DNA of 64,000 nt, taken from Sedimentisphaeraceae bacterium JB056. GTDB lineage: Bacteria > Planctomycetota > Phycisphaerae > Sedimentisphaerales > Sedimentisphaeraceae. Where the stretch lies: the NCBI GenBank assembly GCA_044440125.1, contig JBITAJ010000021.1, positions 32,001 through 96,000 of the forward strand, given 5' to 3'. The stretch's first letter is position 1. Every line of letters starts with the position of its first letter. The position numbers and the translations under genes are program-made. Positions 29,392 through 41,400 of this stretch are shown one piece after another. Below the pieces are notes generated by a model. That model was not told the DNA's origin and did not search any database. It saw only the letters and a program-made list of their open reading frames with translations.

Positions 29392-32300
29392 TCAGTTTTC
29401 CAATAGATCAAGTTTAATGAGAAGCTGTTTTCTGGCTGCACGGTAGGCTGCCGGATCTTTTTCATAATTTACAGGAGTTCTGATTATCTGCTCTAATATC
29501 TGTCCGGCAGTTTCAGAATCTTTCTCTGCAAGCATGGAAAGCAAATCATAATCAGTCAGACCTTCACGGAAAGCAAGCATTCGCATTGAACCAAGCAGAC
29601 CTTCAGCTCCCGGATAATACATCCAGTCGTCTCCCGGAGGATGACCGGGGTTTGTTATACCGCCGGGTAGAGGACCTATTGAGCTTTTATAAGGGTCAGC
29701 GGTTCGGTAATTATTCGCCGCCCAGAAAAGATAACCATCAGCATTAATCTTAAATGAAAGCCACGGGAAAAGCCTCGAACAGCTAAGCGGGTCATCCAAA
29801 TGCCTGTTAGGATACGGCGGATAAGGACTTGCACAGTGATAGAACCATACTCCCTTGCCCTGTTTACGCCTCTTCTTGGCAACCTGCTGATACGATTCCT
29901 TAAACAACGACATATTAAACACCTGAATGTCTATATAATCAGAATAATCCGTATTACCGCAGGCATCCTTAGTCATAATATCCGGCATCACCTTCTTTGT
30001 AAGAGCATAAGCTTTTTTATATTTCTCAATATTCGTAGGCTCATCTATCACGCCCTGCACATAATACTTATCCCAACCCTTATCTTTAAGATGAGAGTAG
30101 AGATGCTGATAGAATATCTCCATAAAATCAAGCCACTGAACAAAATCAGAGGCAGTAGTAAAAATATCAACCATCGACAGGCTTTTCTTGTCATACGCTC
30201 TAACATTCAGGGCTGATGCGTTATGGCCTCCAAATGCACATTCGCCTTCAAAACGGTTGAACCCGCATCGCAGGAAAGTTTCGATCCACTTGTCGAACAT
30301 ACTGAAATCAAAATCATAACTGCCATCGACATTCTTTATCGTCTTTATAAAATTGATAGTCTCATCACGATGACTTATAAGAGAAACCGACATTGTATTC
30401 TGACCATAAGAATGAAGCGTACGAGCTGAATTTTCAATAAGTTTCCAATGCCCATCACTCCAAAGCTTCGGTTTTTCACCAATAGTTAGATTGGCAGGGT
30501 CTGCCTTGAACCAATAAACATTATTAAGCCTTGGCTGTGCAGGTTTAACTGTTTGATGTACCCTGAAGCTGAAGGTCAAACGTTTTTGTTCACCTTCTGC
30601 ATCAATTACAAAATCACCATGATAAATACCAGCCGGTGTATCAACAGGAACATCAATATCGACAAGGATCCCCTGATACATCAAAGCATGTGCATTATTC
30701 TCACGCAGCAGAAATTTATCTGCCGGAACCAATACTTCAGCAGTCCTGAAAGGAGCCTTCTTCACGATATGCTCCATCCAAATTTGCGGCGGCTGTGATG
30801 ATATTGTTGTATTAATGCCACCATTATTGTTGGCTTCAACCGGTATGTTTTTAACATGATAAAGCTCCACAGGAAAATGAACCTGCGCGCCATCAGCATT
30901 CCTGATAGCTTTAACTCTGATTTCAGCCTCAATCTTGCCACGCTGCCTGCTCATAGCGGCAAACATCATCGCCGCCTTACCGCCTCTTGGCACACTGACA
31001 GGTTCTGAATCAATCATCGGCATGGGTGCATCATCAGTGAATATTCTCTTAAACAATTCTACACGATGCAGATTAAGATTATCAAGCCAATACTGCTGTT
31101 CTATCTGCCATTGCCTCTTCTTATCTTGTGCCTGCTTAGCCGCCTTTTGAATAGCAACCTGCCTGAATGTATCATCACCTATATCATCAAGACGTATTTT
31201 TTCTATCTGCGAATAATCAAGAGCCGCCGAATCATCAACATTACTTGCATAAATCCTGATGCTGTCAAGCTGCCCGTTTACCTGCTTTACACCTGCAGCA
31301 TTGTAAGCACCGACTGTAATACTCTGCGGCGCACTCTCAGCAAGCATTCCCGCCGCCGCCTCAACTCTTTGCTCACCCGACCACATCTTATCAGGATCAT
31401 CCTGTCTCTGCCCGGCATCGGCAGCGCGGAAAGTTTCACACTCAATCGGATACTCCTCGTAGCCGTAATACAATGCACAGTTAGGTCCATTCTTAGTACC
31501 ATCATAGCTGAAAGCAAAAAACAGCCATCTGTTATCAGGTGTAAAATTAGGTATGTTTATCCAGCCGCCCCACAATTGTTTTCTTCTGCCGTCAGCCCCG
31601 GTCATCATAATGCCGAGCCGTCCCCATCTCTCAAACGTTACCTGAAATACACCATGACAATTTATTATTACAGGCGGCTGATAATCCGTATCATCAAACG
31701 TAACCGGTCTTTTTACCCAACCGCTTACCGTAAGAGATTTAGCCCCAGCAAGTTTCTCCAAAGTATCTTTATCAGTTATAATCAATGGCTTCGAATCTTC
31801 TCCATACATAACAAGTGACTTGCTTGAATTCACTCCCGTATGCTCTGAAATAACAACATCCTTTCCTGCAATATCTTCAAAATCAAGATTCAATACAGCT
31901 TCGGGTTCTTTCGCCTCAACCAGAGTAAGAGTGCCAAAATTTTCCGGCACATGGAAAGAAGGCGTTGGTGTATTTGTCGGCTTTAACGCCATATAATGTC
32001 TTATATCAGCATTTGTTTTGGTATCACCTGTGCACCTGTAAAAATTACAATTAAATTGCTTACCCGAATAAATAACATCACTGCTGATAGATTTCAGAGG
32101 TATCTTAAACTGGCATATCCACTTATCAGAGACAACATGAGATTTAACTTCCCAATTACTCGTATAGTTGGTAAAATAAGAATCACCTTTCACTATGTTT
32201 TTATTGTGTCTTATATCAATTTTTTGGCCAAGCGGAGAAGTGACAAACTCGTAATACTTCTTTATATCAGGATTATCGCCTATAAACATTTCAACGACAT

Positions 32301-32622
32301 CATAACTCCATATTCCCCAGCAGTTTCCGTTGTCATCCGGTACAATACTCTTATTTACAGCCAGCGATGAATAATTCGCAACAAACAACACATAAAGATT
32401 TTCATCCGTCCAGACAGACTTTATACTTGTATGCCAATCATCGCTTACCGGCTTACCCTGCCAGTTATCCGTTATGGTATAGACATCAGAAGATAAATCC
32501 CAAGGATACCCGCTAATATCATCGGTAAGCTCAAAATCAGTATGAATTTTAACCGAGTTGACATTCGCAGCATAAAGACAGCCTGCCACTAACAATATTA
32601 AAATTTCTATATATTTTTTCAT
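29392..32622 (-). CDS. Secreted CBM9-like + LamG-like + GH123/DUF4091 glycoside hydrolase
   Basis: Signal peptide; CBM9-like (WTDENLYV, DVVEMFI, YYEF.TSP, CNFYRC, FHVPENFG); WLFFAFSYDG; IDEP, GYLFW, PPGD..MYYPG, SMRMLAFREGLTDY. Confidence 0.82.
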   Translation of the reverse strand: MKKYIEILILLVAGCLYAANVNSVKIHTDFELTDDISGYPWDLSSDVYTITDNWQGKPVSDDWHTSIKSVWTDENLYVLFVANYSSLAVNKSIVPDDNGNCWGIWSYDVVEMFIGDNPDIKKYYEFVTSPLGQKIDIRHNKNIVKGDSYFTNYTSNWEVKSHVVSDKWICQFKIPLKSISSDVIYSGKQFNCNFYRCTGDTKTNADIRHYMALKPTNTPTPSFHVPENFGTLTLVEAKEPEAVLNLDFEDIAGKDVVISEHTGVNSSKSLVMYGEDSKPLIITDKDTLEKLAGAKSLTVSGWVKRPVTFDDTDYQPPVIINCHGVFQVTFERWGRLGIMMTGADGRRKQLWGGWINIPNFTPDNRWLFFAFSYDGTKNGPNCALYYGYEEYPIECETFRAADAGQRQDDPDKMWSGEQRVEAAAGMLAESAPQSITVGAYNAAGVKQVNGQLDSIRIYASNVDDSAALDYSQIEKIRLDDIGDDTFRQVAIQKAAKQAQDKKRQWQIEQQYWLDNLNLHRVELFKRIFTDDAPMPMIDSEPVSVPRGGKAAMMFAAMSRQRGKIEAEIRVKAIRNADGAQVHFPVELYHVKNIPVEANNNGGINTTISSQPPQIWMEHIVKKAPFRTAEVLVPADKFLLRENNAHALMYQGILVDIDVPVDTPAGIYHGDFVIDAEGEQKRLTFSFRVHQTVKPAQPRLNNVYWFKADPANLTIGEKPKLWSDGHWKLIENSARTLHSYGQNTMSVSLISHRDETINFIKTIKNVDGSYDFDFSMFDKWIETFLRCGFNRFEGECAFGGHNASALNVRAYDKKSLSMVDIFTTASDFVQWLDFMEIFYQHLYSHLKDKGWDKYYVQGVIDEPTNIEKYKKAYALTKKVMPDIMTKDACGNTDYSDYIDIQVFNMSLFKESYQQVAKKRRKQGKGVWFYHCASPYPPYPNRHLDDPLSCSRLFPWLSFKINADGYLFWAANNYRTADPYKSSIGPLPGGITNPGHPPGDDWMYYPGAEGLLGSMRMLAFREGLTDYDLLSMLAEKDSETAGQILEQIIRTPVNYEKDPAAYRAARKQLLIKLDLLEN

Positions 32623-32698
32623 TACTATCTTACTCCATAATAGCCTGAGAAGTTTTCAGTTCAATAGTTCAAAGGTTCAATGTTTGACACTTTTGAAC

Positions 32699-33775
32699 TC
32701 AATATCTTTTCTGTACATTCAGTGTGATTTGCATTTTTTCAAGACAAAATTCAGTTAATGTTTCAACATAAGCTTTTACATTCTCTACAGGGGCACCTTT
32801 CATTATAGCATTGCCCGCTCCATATACAATCCCTCCTTTTGAGTTGTAGAAAATATCAGCATGTTTGCGTATTTCTTCTTTTATGCTCTGCGGATTGCCA
32901 AAAGGAATTACCTGCTGAACATCCATACCAGCCCAGAAAGCTATACGCACGCCAAAATCCTGAACCGTTCTTTCAGCATCCATACAGCCCGCCTGTATCG
33001 GATGAATGACATCCACTCCGCTTTCGATCAAATCTTCCATTATATCATAAACATTACCACAGGTATGCAACCAGAAATCAAGACCATTGTCATGAAGCAC
33101 ATCCGCCAAGGCTTTATAATAGGGTTTATAAACCTCTCTGAATTTTTCCGGCGACATAAATAAACTCGTTTGCATACCAAGATCATCACCAGCCCAAACT
33201 CCATGACCGCCATTTTCTGCCGTCCGTTTCGCCCAGACACTGTAAAACTCAAGCAAACTATCCATCAAACAATGAAGATTTTTAACATTATCATACATAT
33301 CGCAAAGCAAGTTCTCCGTACCTCTGATATAGCAAAGCCTCTGATGAAGATAATGCCCCCAGTTTACAAGTATATATCTTTCAGGATAAGCCTTTGATGA
33401 AGCAGCAACCTCATCGAAAGCATCCTCGCGATAAGGGTCAGGCATATCTGCTATGAATTTATCCAACTCAGTTTCCCAATCATTTATCAGCGGACAATTA
33501 TCTATCGCCGCCTTTTGCGGCATCTGCCAGCCTTTATAAGCCCAGCGATAATTAGGATCATCGCTCTTGCTGCTCTGGTGATAATAAATACCAATATGCA
33601 CAGCTAACACATCATCAGGATACTGCTTCAGAAGTGAAGTAAAATCCTCGCCGTAACAATCAAGCGTATCCTGATTATGCCAGAGCATCGCACAAAGAGG
33701 AGGCCGCTTCGGATTATCAAAACGAATCGCCTTTCTGACTTCCGAGTAATTCAATATTTCACACTTTGTATCCAT
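32699..33775 (-). CDS. URO-D/CIMS-like protein
   Basis: IRGTENLL.D, GDDLGMQ..LFMSP, LHTCGNV, IHPIQ, FWAGMDVQQVIPFG.P, P.ENV. Confidence 0.88.
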   Translation of the reverse strand: MDTKCEILNYSEVRKAIRFDNPKRPPLCAMLWHNQDTLDCYGEDFTSLLKQYPDDVLAVHIGIYYHQSSKSDDPNYRWAYKGWQMPQKAAIDNCPLINDWETELDKFIADMPDPYREDAFDEVAASSKAYPERYILVNWGHYLHQRLCYIRGTENLLCDMYDNVKNLHCLMDSLLEFYSVWAKRTAENGGHGVWAGDDLGMQTSLFMSPEKFREVYKPYYKALADVLHDNGLDFWLHTCGNVYDIMEDLIESGVDVIHPIQAGCMDAERTVQDFGVRIAFWAGMDVQQVIPFGNPQSIKEEIRKHADIFYNSKGGIVYGAGNAIMKGAPVENVKAYVETLTEFCLEKMQITLNVQKRY

Positions 33776-33785
33776 ATGACTTTTT

Positions 33786-35624
33786 CTATTTTCTTAGGTT
33801 TGCAAAAAGAACTTTGAGATCTCTAAGACCTCCAATGAAAAACCACACTGCTAACGGGATGCTATAACAGTAAACAAAAAAGGAATACCACTTCCAAAAC
33901 GTTATCCATTTTTTAGGATCAACATCGTGAGTTCTGTTATACCAGAAAGCAATCATTATTATAACTACTACAAGCACTGTAACAGCGCCTACTGCATATT
34001 CAAACCAAAATCTCTGCTTTAGTTCGTTATTGACGGCACCAACTTCTTCTTTTGTATTTCGGTTAAGCAATGAGTCAAGATCGTAAGGTTCATTTCTTGT
34101 TGAAAGAGATATAATAACAAAAACACCTATCGCAATCACACTTGCTATAACAGAAAGCATCATTCCATCGAGCCAGAATGGCCACCATGACTGTTCAAGA
34201 TAAATCTGTCTTAGTATTATACCGGCAAGCGAAAGACCTGAACCTGTTATCATCGCAAACCATGCCCCTATAGTCGATGCACGTCTCCAATATAACGCAC
34301 CCAAAATTATGGCACCTGCACCGCCTGTATATATCGTACCAGTAATAGCGAAATACATCCAGATATAATCAGTAGGCTCCCATACCATACTGAAAGCAAA
34401 CACAAACACCGCAACTCCGACGACCGTATATCGAAGAAGTTTCAAACGAGATTCGCCCGTTATCTCCGTCTTCTTAAGAGGCGAAACAACATCCTGCACA
34501 AAAATACCCGACCAGCTCAAGAAATATGTATCAAGCGTACTAATCGATGCCGCTATCATACCAGCAACAAAAAGACCTTTCACTACCGGCGACATTATAA
34601 AGGTAAGAAATATAGGTACTATCATTTCCGTTCTTACAATCGGATTATCAATATTATTAACACTTTCTGTTATCTTTTGTGAAAGATTAGCAAACTCAGG
34701 CAACTTAGCTACGGCAAAACAAGCCAATGCTGCAAACAACAAACCTATATTGGAGGCCTGCCTCAAATAACTCAATATCCACATAAGCTTGGCCTCACGT
34801 GCCTCTGTCGCTGATTGCGAACGAACACTGTTAGGAGCCCAGCTAAGTATATTGTAGAACGACCTGAAAACATACATTATACAATACATCAAACCAAAAG
34901 AATTAGCTGTCGTTGGTAAAAAAGGATCAACAAGCTGCTTAGGATTTTCTTCCTGCAATATGGCGGAACCAATATCCTCCCAATTAACAACAGCATAAGT
35001 TGAGTAACCAACAGCTACAAACATAAAAGCGATAACTGTCCATTGAATAAAATCAGTTATAATCAGAGAAACCTGCCCCCCCTTAAATGCAAGTATCAGA
35101 GATATAAAAACAAGTATTGCAGTTGTTATAACCACAGTAGGCAGCTTTATACCTAAAACACTAACTTCTAAAGGCAATTGACAAAAATATACAATAAAAC
35201 GTCCCTCAACAATTGGGAAAATACCCATATTGAGAACACCGGAAATAAAACAAAGAAAGCCGCAGAATATTCGAAGATTCTTACTGTATCTTTTTTCCAG
35301 TAACTCATTCAGTGTCATTACGCGAGTTTCCCGCAAGCGATAAATTCCCCAACCGCTGACCGCAAGAAGAAGATAAGTTACGACCATTACAACAACCGTC
35401 CATATCGCAACCGGTCCTCCCACATAAACCGCCTGCATAAACGCAATCAGAGAAATTGCTCCAAGTGCAGAAGCATCGCCCGCTGTTGCACCCAGATATT
35501 TACCGCAACCACGACCGGCCACGAGAAAATCCTCAGCATTTTTCACAAATTTACGACAGTAAAGACCGACAGACACTACTACAGTCAAAAATACCGCAAC
35601 GATAGACCATTCAATGATACCCAT
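33786..35624 (-). CDS. Sodium:solute symporter (SSS family)
   Basis: DFLVAGR, LEKRYSK, GGQVSLIITDFIQ, MIAASISTLD, LYWRRAS..GA; many TM segments. Confidence 0.9.
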   Translation of the reverse strand: MGIIEWSIVAVFLTVVVSVGLYCRKFVKNAEDFLVAGRGCGKYLGATAGDASALGAISLIAFMQAVYVGGPVAIWTVVVMVVTYLLLAVSGWGIYRLRETRVMTLNELLEKRYSKNLRIFCGFLCFISGVLNMGIFPIVEGRFIVYFCQLPLEVSVLGIKLPTVVITTAILVFISLILAFKGGQVSLIITDFIQWTVIAFMFVAVGYSTYAVVNWEDIGSAILQEENPKQLVDPFLPTTANSFGLMYCIMYVFRSFYNILSWAPNSVRSQSATEAREAKLMWILSYLRQASNIGLLFAALACFAVAKLPEFANLSQKITESVNNIDNPIVRTEMIVPIFLTFIMSPVVKGLFVAGMIAASISTLDTYFLSWSGIFVQDVVSPLKKTEITGESRLKLLRYTVVGVAVFVFAFSMVWEPTDYIWMYFAITGTIYTGGAGAIILGALYWRRASTIGAWFAMITGSGLSLAGIILRQIYLEQSWWPFWLDGMMLSVIASVIAIGVFVIISLSTRNEPYDLDSLLNRNTKEEVGAVNNELKQRFWFEYAVGAVTVLVVVIIMIAFWYNRTHDVDPKKWITFWKWYSFFVYCYSIPLAVWFFIGGLRDLKVLFANLRK

Positions 35625-35653
35625 TGATTAAAACTCCATTATAATTGGCTTGA

Positions 35654-37540
35654 TTAGAATTCGAGATGTTTGCCGAGCAGGAAGAACTTCCTGTCGGGAT
35701 ACCACAATGTCAGCTTGCCTTTGAAATAGGTAATGCTCGGATAAGTGGCAACCTCATTACTTGCCTTAGGACTGACAAGAACGCCGCCGGTATCGAGAAT
35801 CTCGTTGGGCTTATCAAACCATAATGGCTGATTGGCACCTTTAACAAATCTACCCAGAGAACAAACTGCCGGGCGTCGATGCGTAAACATACTCATACCA
35901 GCCGGAAGCTTAATTCCCTTTTCCACATAATGGGCGTAATAATTATTATTATAGTAGATGAGCATATATCGGTCATCTTCAAGACGATACAACGGACAGC
36001 ATGTAAGCGGATTTTTAACCGGCTCACCATCATCACAATATCTCAGTACCTGCGGCTTTTGCCAGTGTAAACCATCATCATCGGACACGCTATACCAGAT
36101 AAAACCGGTAACAGTGCGGAATACTACAAATAATCTTCCATCAGGAAGCAGCTCTACTGCCGGTTCCGAGCAATGCCGTGCAGGCAAGTCCTTCGGCATT
36201 GATATTGTATCACCTTCAAGCGAAAGCCATGTTATCTTTATATCCTCAACGTCGGGGCCATCATCAATATTATCAAACCTCATAAAACGACAGCAGCCTT
36301 CTCTTTCTCCTTTGCCGCAGAAAGAGTAGCCAACTATCTGCCGTCCCTTAGAATCACATATCGTTTTCTGCCATACAATTATGCCGCCATTTTGCGTATT
36401 TATATCAGATACATCATCAAAGCAATCAGGGAAAAGGATATTTCCGCATTCTTTCCAGCTATGACCATTATCATCAGAAATATGACAGCCAAGTATACCG
36501 CTCGCTCCACCAAGCTTGCCAGCCGGACTCTTGCAATAGAAGCAATATATTCGCCCTGTATTCTTAGCGACCACAGGAAATCCCCAGCTTGCCTGAGTCT
36601 GGTCGGTTCCCTTTTGAGTCCCTGTTATCCATAACGGCTGTGACCATTTCACACCATCACTGCTTCGAGCAAGCATTATATGATTATCGCCAGAAGGTTC
36701 CATAGACCCTTGAGTCCACATAGCCAACAGTTCATCACCCTGTGGCGAATTAAAGACAAGGAAATGTTCATTATCTCCATCATTAAAATCACCTTCCTTA
36801 GGGATATAAACCACCGAATCAGGATTGGTACGTTGATACTCATCTTCAACGCTGCCGATCTCAATAGCCTGCTCCTTGTCATCAGGATTCTTTCCAAAAA
36901 GCTGAGTATCAATATCATCACCTTCCATAAATCCGCTCTTGACCCAACCATCGGTAAATGGATTCCCCTCACTGTCACTTAGACCGCCATAGAATTGAGC
37001 CTGATTCGAATAATTTGCTTTAACAACAAAAAGATTCCAGCCATGTCTTAGAGTCAACTCTACAGTTTGATTATCACGTCCTTTGCAAACAATATCACCA
37101 TTTTGTATGATTTTATAATCAGAAGGATACTGAATATTGAAAAGATAATCACTTTTACGGCGACTATAAATATAAGTTGCAAAATATACAATACCACTTG
37201 AACCGGTTATATAATCATCAACCGGTATAGAAGCATTTTTAATATTAACATCACCCTTTTGATTATCAAACATCAAACGGCCGGCAATCTCTCCCTGATC
37301 AGATCGCTCTTTATTTTCACAACCAATAGTAGCATCACGCCAGCATACATCGCTGTCGCTGCCCTTCCAACAACCGTTAGGATTTATCTTATCCTCAGGT
37401 AAGATCACTTCATCAAGCCCGCCATCAAAACAGCCGGCGATCATCCAGCGTCTTATAACAATATCTGCCAATGAAGCATTAAACTGTGATTCACTGCAAG
37501 TATCAGTACTTTTCTTTTCATCTAATATCTGTGTTGTCAT
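35654..37540 (-). CDS. BNR/Asp-box beta-propeller (sialidase-like) protein with N-terminal beta-sandwich
   Basis: Asp boxes SSDGVKW, SDDNGHSW, SDDDGLHW; SEPAVELLPDGRL..FRT; TYPS. No signal peptide and no FRIP motif seen. Confidence 0.75.
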   Translation of the reverse strand: MTTQILDEKKSTDTCSESQFNASLADIVIRRWMIAGCFDGGLDEVILPEDKINPNGCWKGSDSDVCWRDATIGCENKERSDQGEIAGRLMFDNQKGDVNIKNASIPVDDYITGSSGIVYFATYIYSRRKSDYLFNIQYPSDYKIIQNGDIVCKGRDNQTVELTLRHGWNLFVVKANYSNQAQFYGGLSDSEGNPFTDGWVKSGFMEGDDIDTQLFGKNPDDKEQAIEIGSVEDEYQRTNPDSVVYIPKEGDFNDGDNEHFLVFNSPQGDELLAMWTQGSMEPSGDNHIMLARSSDGVKWSQPLWITGTQKGTDQTQASWGFPVVAKNTGRIYCFYCKSPAGKLGGASGILGCHISDDNGHSWKECGNILFPDCFDDVSDINTQNGGIIVWQKTICDSKGRQIVGYSFCGKGEREGCCRFMRFDNIDDGPDVEDIKITWLSLEGDTISMPKDLPARHCSEPAVELLPDGRLFVVFRTVTGFIWYSVSDDDGLHWQKPQVLRYCDDGEPVKNPLTCCPLYRLEDDRYMLIYYNNNYYAHYVEKGIKLPAGMSMFTHRRPAVCSLGRFVKGANQPLWFDKPNEILDTGGVLVSPKASNEVATYPSITYFKGKLTLWYPDRKFFLLGKHLEF

Positions 37541-37586
37541 ATTAATTCAAACTTTACTTAAATCTATTTCAATTGACCTTACTGCC

Positions 37587-38432
37587 TTAATCTATTTGGT
37601 TCCATCTGTTTTTGAAAAGGTCGTATGTTGACTGGTTGGCTTTAAGCTTTTCAGCATGACCATCAATAAACGAATAACTTGCCGAACCGCCGTGTCTATA
37701 AGGATCACAAAGCGACCAACTGATATTTCTGATATCTGACCATTTAATTTCAGGATTTGCAGGTCTGATATAATTAGTATCATCAAGAGCCGTCATGAAT
37801 TCATCCTTCTGTGTTATCCAACTTATTGAACTCTGAGCAAACCAATAATGCGGACTATCTCCGCTATATACCATAGAAGCGGGCTGTGGAATGTTCTGAA
37901 TTCTAGGAGCTTTCAGAAAATTTGTATTGGCAAGTGTGTATGTTCCAGTAGGATCAAGTTGCTCTCTGGTTCGCTTGTCGTATTCAAGAAGCTGAGTATT
38001 CATTCCATAACCCCAATCCCACGCTTCACTATCCTCTGAAGGTTTCCACGCCGGACAATGTGCAAAGGAATCGAATTTAAACTTCTGATCAGTATAAAGT
38101 TCATCATACTGTGAAGGATCAAAAACTCCCGCAGCCTCAAGCACAAGAAAGTACCATTCAACAGCATACTTATCACTCCATGAGTGTTCCGGACCTGTAG
38201 TTGGATGACCAGGACGACAAGGAGGAACCCTGTCATCATTGGAATTAGCATACATAGTTACAGCCTGTGATATCTGTCGATTGTTCGATTGACAGATCGT
38301 GGCTTTGGCAAGTTCTCTGGCTTTTCCCAAAGCCGGCATCATAATCGCCATAAGCAGTGCAATGATTGATATAACAACCAAAAGCTCTATTAAAGTAAAA
38401 CCTTTTTCATTACATGAATATTTATATTCCAT
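37587..38432 (-). CDS. Prepilin-type N-terminal cleavage/methylation domain protein with H-X9-DG motif
   Basis: GFTLIELLVVISIIALLMAIMMPALGKARELAK...CQSNNRQ; HCPA; YGMN; RHGGSASYSFIDGH. Confidence 0.93.
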   Translation of the reverse strand: MEYKYSCNEKGFTLIELLVVISIIALLMAIMMPALGKARELAKATICQSNNRQISQAVTMYANSNDDRVPPCRPGHPTTGPEHSWSDKYAVEWYFLVLEAAGVFDPSQYDELYTDQKFKFDSFAHCPAWKPSEDSEAWDWGYGMNTQLLEYDKRTREQLDPTGTYTLANTNFLKAPRIQNIPQPASMVYSGDSPHYWFAQSSISWITQKDEFMTALDDTNYIRPANPEIKWSDIRNISWSLCDPYRHGGSASYSFIDGHAEKLKANQSTYDLFKNRWNQID

Positions 38433-38450
38433 CTTTAAAACTCCATTATT

Positions 38451-41400
38451 TCAATCTATATCAAATTTACGTATATCCTCAAGAGCACTTATTTCAAGAG
38501 CCCCGCTATCATCAATTTCACTCACAAAAACACGTATTTCATCAATATCGCAATTTAAATAGTTATCAGTACCATTGTAGGTATAACCACCAAATACCAG
38601 CCTCGTACAATCACTTGTAGCAGAAAGTGTAAGCCCCGTCACAGAATTACCTGCTGCAACGGAAGTATTCTGATCCCCAAAGTAGAATTTTATACCTTCA
38701 CTACTACGGGTTATCGCAAAGAAAACCCATTCGTCATTGCTGTAACCTTCACCCCATCCTGCATATCTCCAGCTTCCATCAACAGAATCAAGCACCTGAA
38801 GACGTCCATCATCACGCCACTTAATTGTAATTCCTCCACCAACGCATCGAACAATATAACTTCCGCTGCCGTTCATTTGAGAATTACGAGTATTGAGCCA
38901 ACCGCAAACCGTGTAAGACTGAACATTATCAAATACATCAGCCGTTTGTCCCGACCAGTTGAATGTTACGGTGTTCAATCCGATCATTGCTGGATCTGTA
39001 GCATAAAGTCCGTCACCTTTAATACCATCGGTTGTTATTCGCGGATAAGCGGGCTGGCTGTTGCCTATATAACCTGGCGCATCATTGAGGGCAATATTAG
39101 ACCATGCCGGATTATCCGTACTTCCTGCCCCATAACTGTCATTTGTGTTTTCAAAAGGAAGATAAATATCGAAACCTGAAGGTGTATAATCTTCGACATT
39201 CTTTTTGTAATAAACATCAGCAAATATCGCCAAATCTGCCGCGTCAACAGTTTCATCGTAATTAAGATCACAGTCAATCTCTATTCCTGAGTCAAGCCAC
39301 TTGGAAGCCAACACAATTATATCATCTTGACCAACCTGTTGATCTCCATTAAACTCTGCCGATTTCTGACTTCCCATTACCTCAATAAGTGAAGAAAGTG
39401 CTGCAGCAATTGTCTCTCTCCGGGTTTGCAGAACCGCATGATCACTCGAATAGTCATCGAAACCAATCACTGTATCGCTCACATCCAAAGCAACTTCGGC
39501 ATCCGCTATTAAAACAGAATTCACACCGTCCTGAAATGCCCTTGTCTTTGTCATACTGAGAAAATTAATCAGTTCCCAATCCTCAAGTCCATCTCTCATC
39601 ATCTCAAGCCTTATACTTGCAACAGGTCCATCTGGAGATGGATATATCAAATAGCCTCCACCATCAGTAAATTCCTGTATCACCCAGCCCCCATCATCCC
39701 AGGCTCTGTTTGGCCATTTATCATATTCCGCCTCAACAGGAAAATCGCCCACCCAGGCATTAGGTCTTCTGTAATGCGGCCAGACATTCAGTCCCCAGTG
39801 GAGGAAACCGTCAATATCCTCTACCCAATTCTGCCAGAATATAAGTCTGTGTTCAATACCCGGTTCATTAATTTCAAGATTGCAATATGGAGGAGCATAA
39901 CCCGTAACATAAGTCCAAAAGTCATTCCCCAAAGCTCTTAGCCTCGCCACCTCCGGCTGCGTATATTGGTAATAGTTCGGTATCTTGCCGCACCAAATAT
40001 CTATATGCCCCTCATACGCAGGATACCTTAAAGGCTCTGATGTACTAAGAGTATGCAGTGCAGGCCAAACAGCCTCTACCGCATCATGACGGTCGGTGCA
40101 TTCCTGTAAAACCTCAGGCATACCGGTGTGAAGTTCATCAAAAGCATAGAAAAACGCCATCTGCTCATAAGGACGCTGTCCATCCATACGATACTCATTT
40201 GCCGCCTCGGTAAGATATTGTGCAAAGACATCTTCATACTGCGAAGTAAGCAGATTAAACTCACGATACTCACCTCTGATTTCATCGTATCCATAAAACG
40301 GCTTCCAGAAATGCCAGTTAAGATCGCCTATATTAAAATTAGCCATACCGTTATTGTAGCAATAGTCAAGATAAGAGTTGTAGTCTGTAAAATCAAATTC
40401 CCAGCTTCTGTCAAGTTTTCTGGTAATCTTCACAAATCTGTGCGATGAAGATTCTCCCATAGACATATCAATCGGGCTTATGCGATAATCTGTACAGAAC
40501 GCAAGCCACTGGCGATACTGTAGATCGGTCGGGTCGTCCCAATCGCCGCCATAATAATTCCTAAGACATTGACGAAGAAGATTAAAACTCGTCTGGAAAC
40601 GCTGCTTACGGGGAATTGTTATATCCCACACATCAACTTCCACCGCAACAACTACCGCATCACCTCCGGGTATATTTATTACAACATTGCCATCATAAAT
40701 ACCACTGCTCTGAGTTATAGGCACATCAAAACTTACCCAGAATAAAAGAATATCATCATCGCTTGCCTTACCATAATTCTTATTTACAAGCGGGTCATAT
40801 AAAAGCTCATCATATCCAATACCAACACGAACCTTATCAGCCCTTCTCACCTTTATATTTTCCATCGGGATTGCATCATCCTCACAAGAAAATATTCCGG
40901 GCGTAAGTTCAATATTATCGATCTCGCCATCAACCGCTTTTATCGCTATCTGAAAATGTTCATTTTCGCCTCTTGCCGCATCCAATGAACAATAAGGCAA
41001 CGCTTCAGGAGTAAACTGGAATACCGAATCAATTTTTGTCATGCTGTCAAGGAGCATAACCTCAATCTCGTTTGTTTGCGAGGTCTCAATATCAAGCGGC
41101 TGCCTCAACTGCCATTTCCTTATATCTTCCAACTGTCCCAAATCCAGTGCCGCGGTGGAGTCATTATTATAACTCGATGTATGCACCATGAATTTATCAA
41201 AATAACCACCGCAAGCATACTGTCCATATATATCACCTCCGCCGGTAATCTTTACATGCAGATGCTCTCCACCGGTAAGCACTCCCGCATCAACATTTCC
41301 GCTGCCAGCGGATACAACTGAAGAATTTTTATCCGCTGTAAAAAACTTTACATTTCCACTGGTCTGCGTTCCATCATAGGTAACCGCAAAAAACATCCAC

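Noticed and set aside
32659..32699. GTTCAAnn three times plus an inverted TTGAAC
   Set aside because: 8-bp period with no spacers, so not CRISPR; at most a weak hairpin or chance repeat
8857..33775. Calling URO-D-like genes hemE or mtaA
   Set aside because: No tetrapyrrole or corrinoid context and incomplete ligand sets
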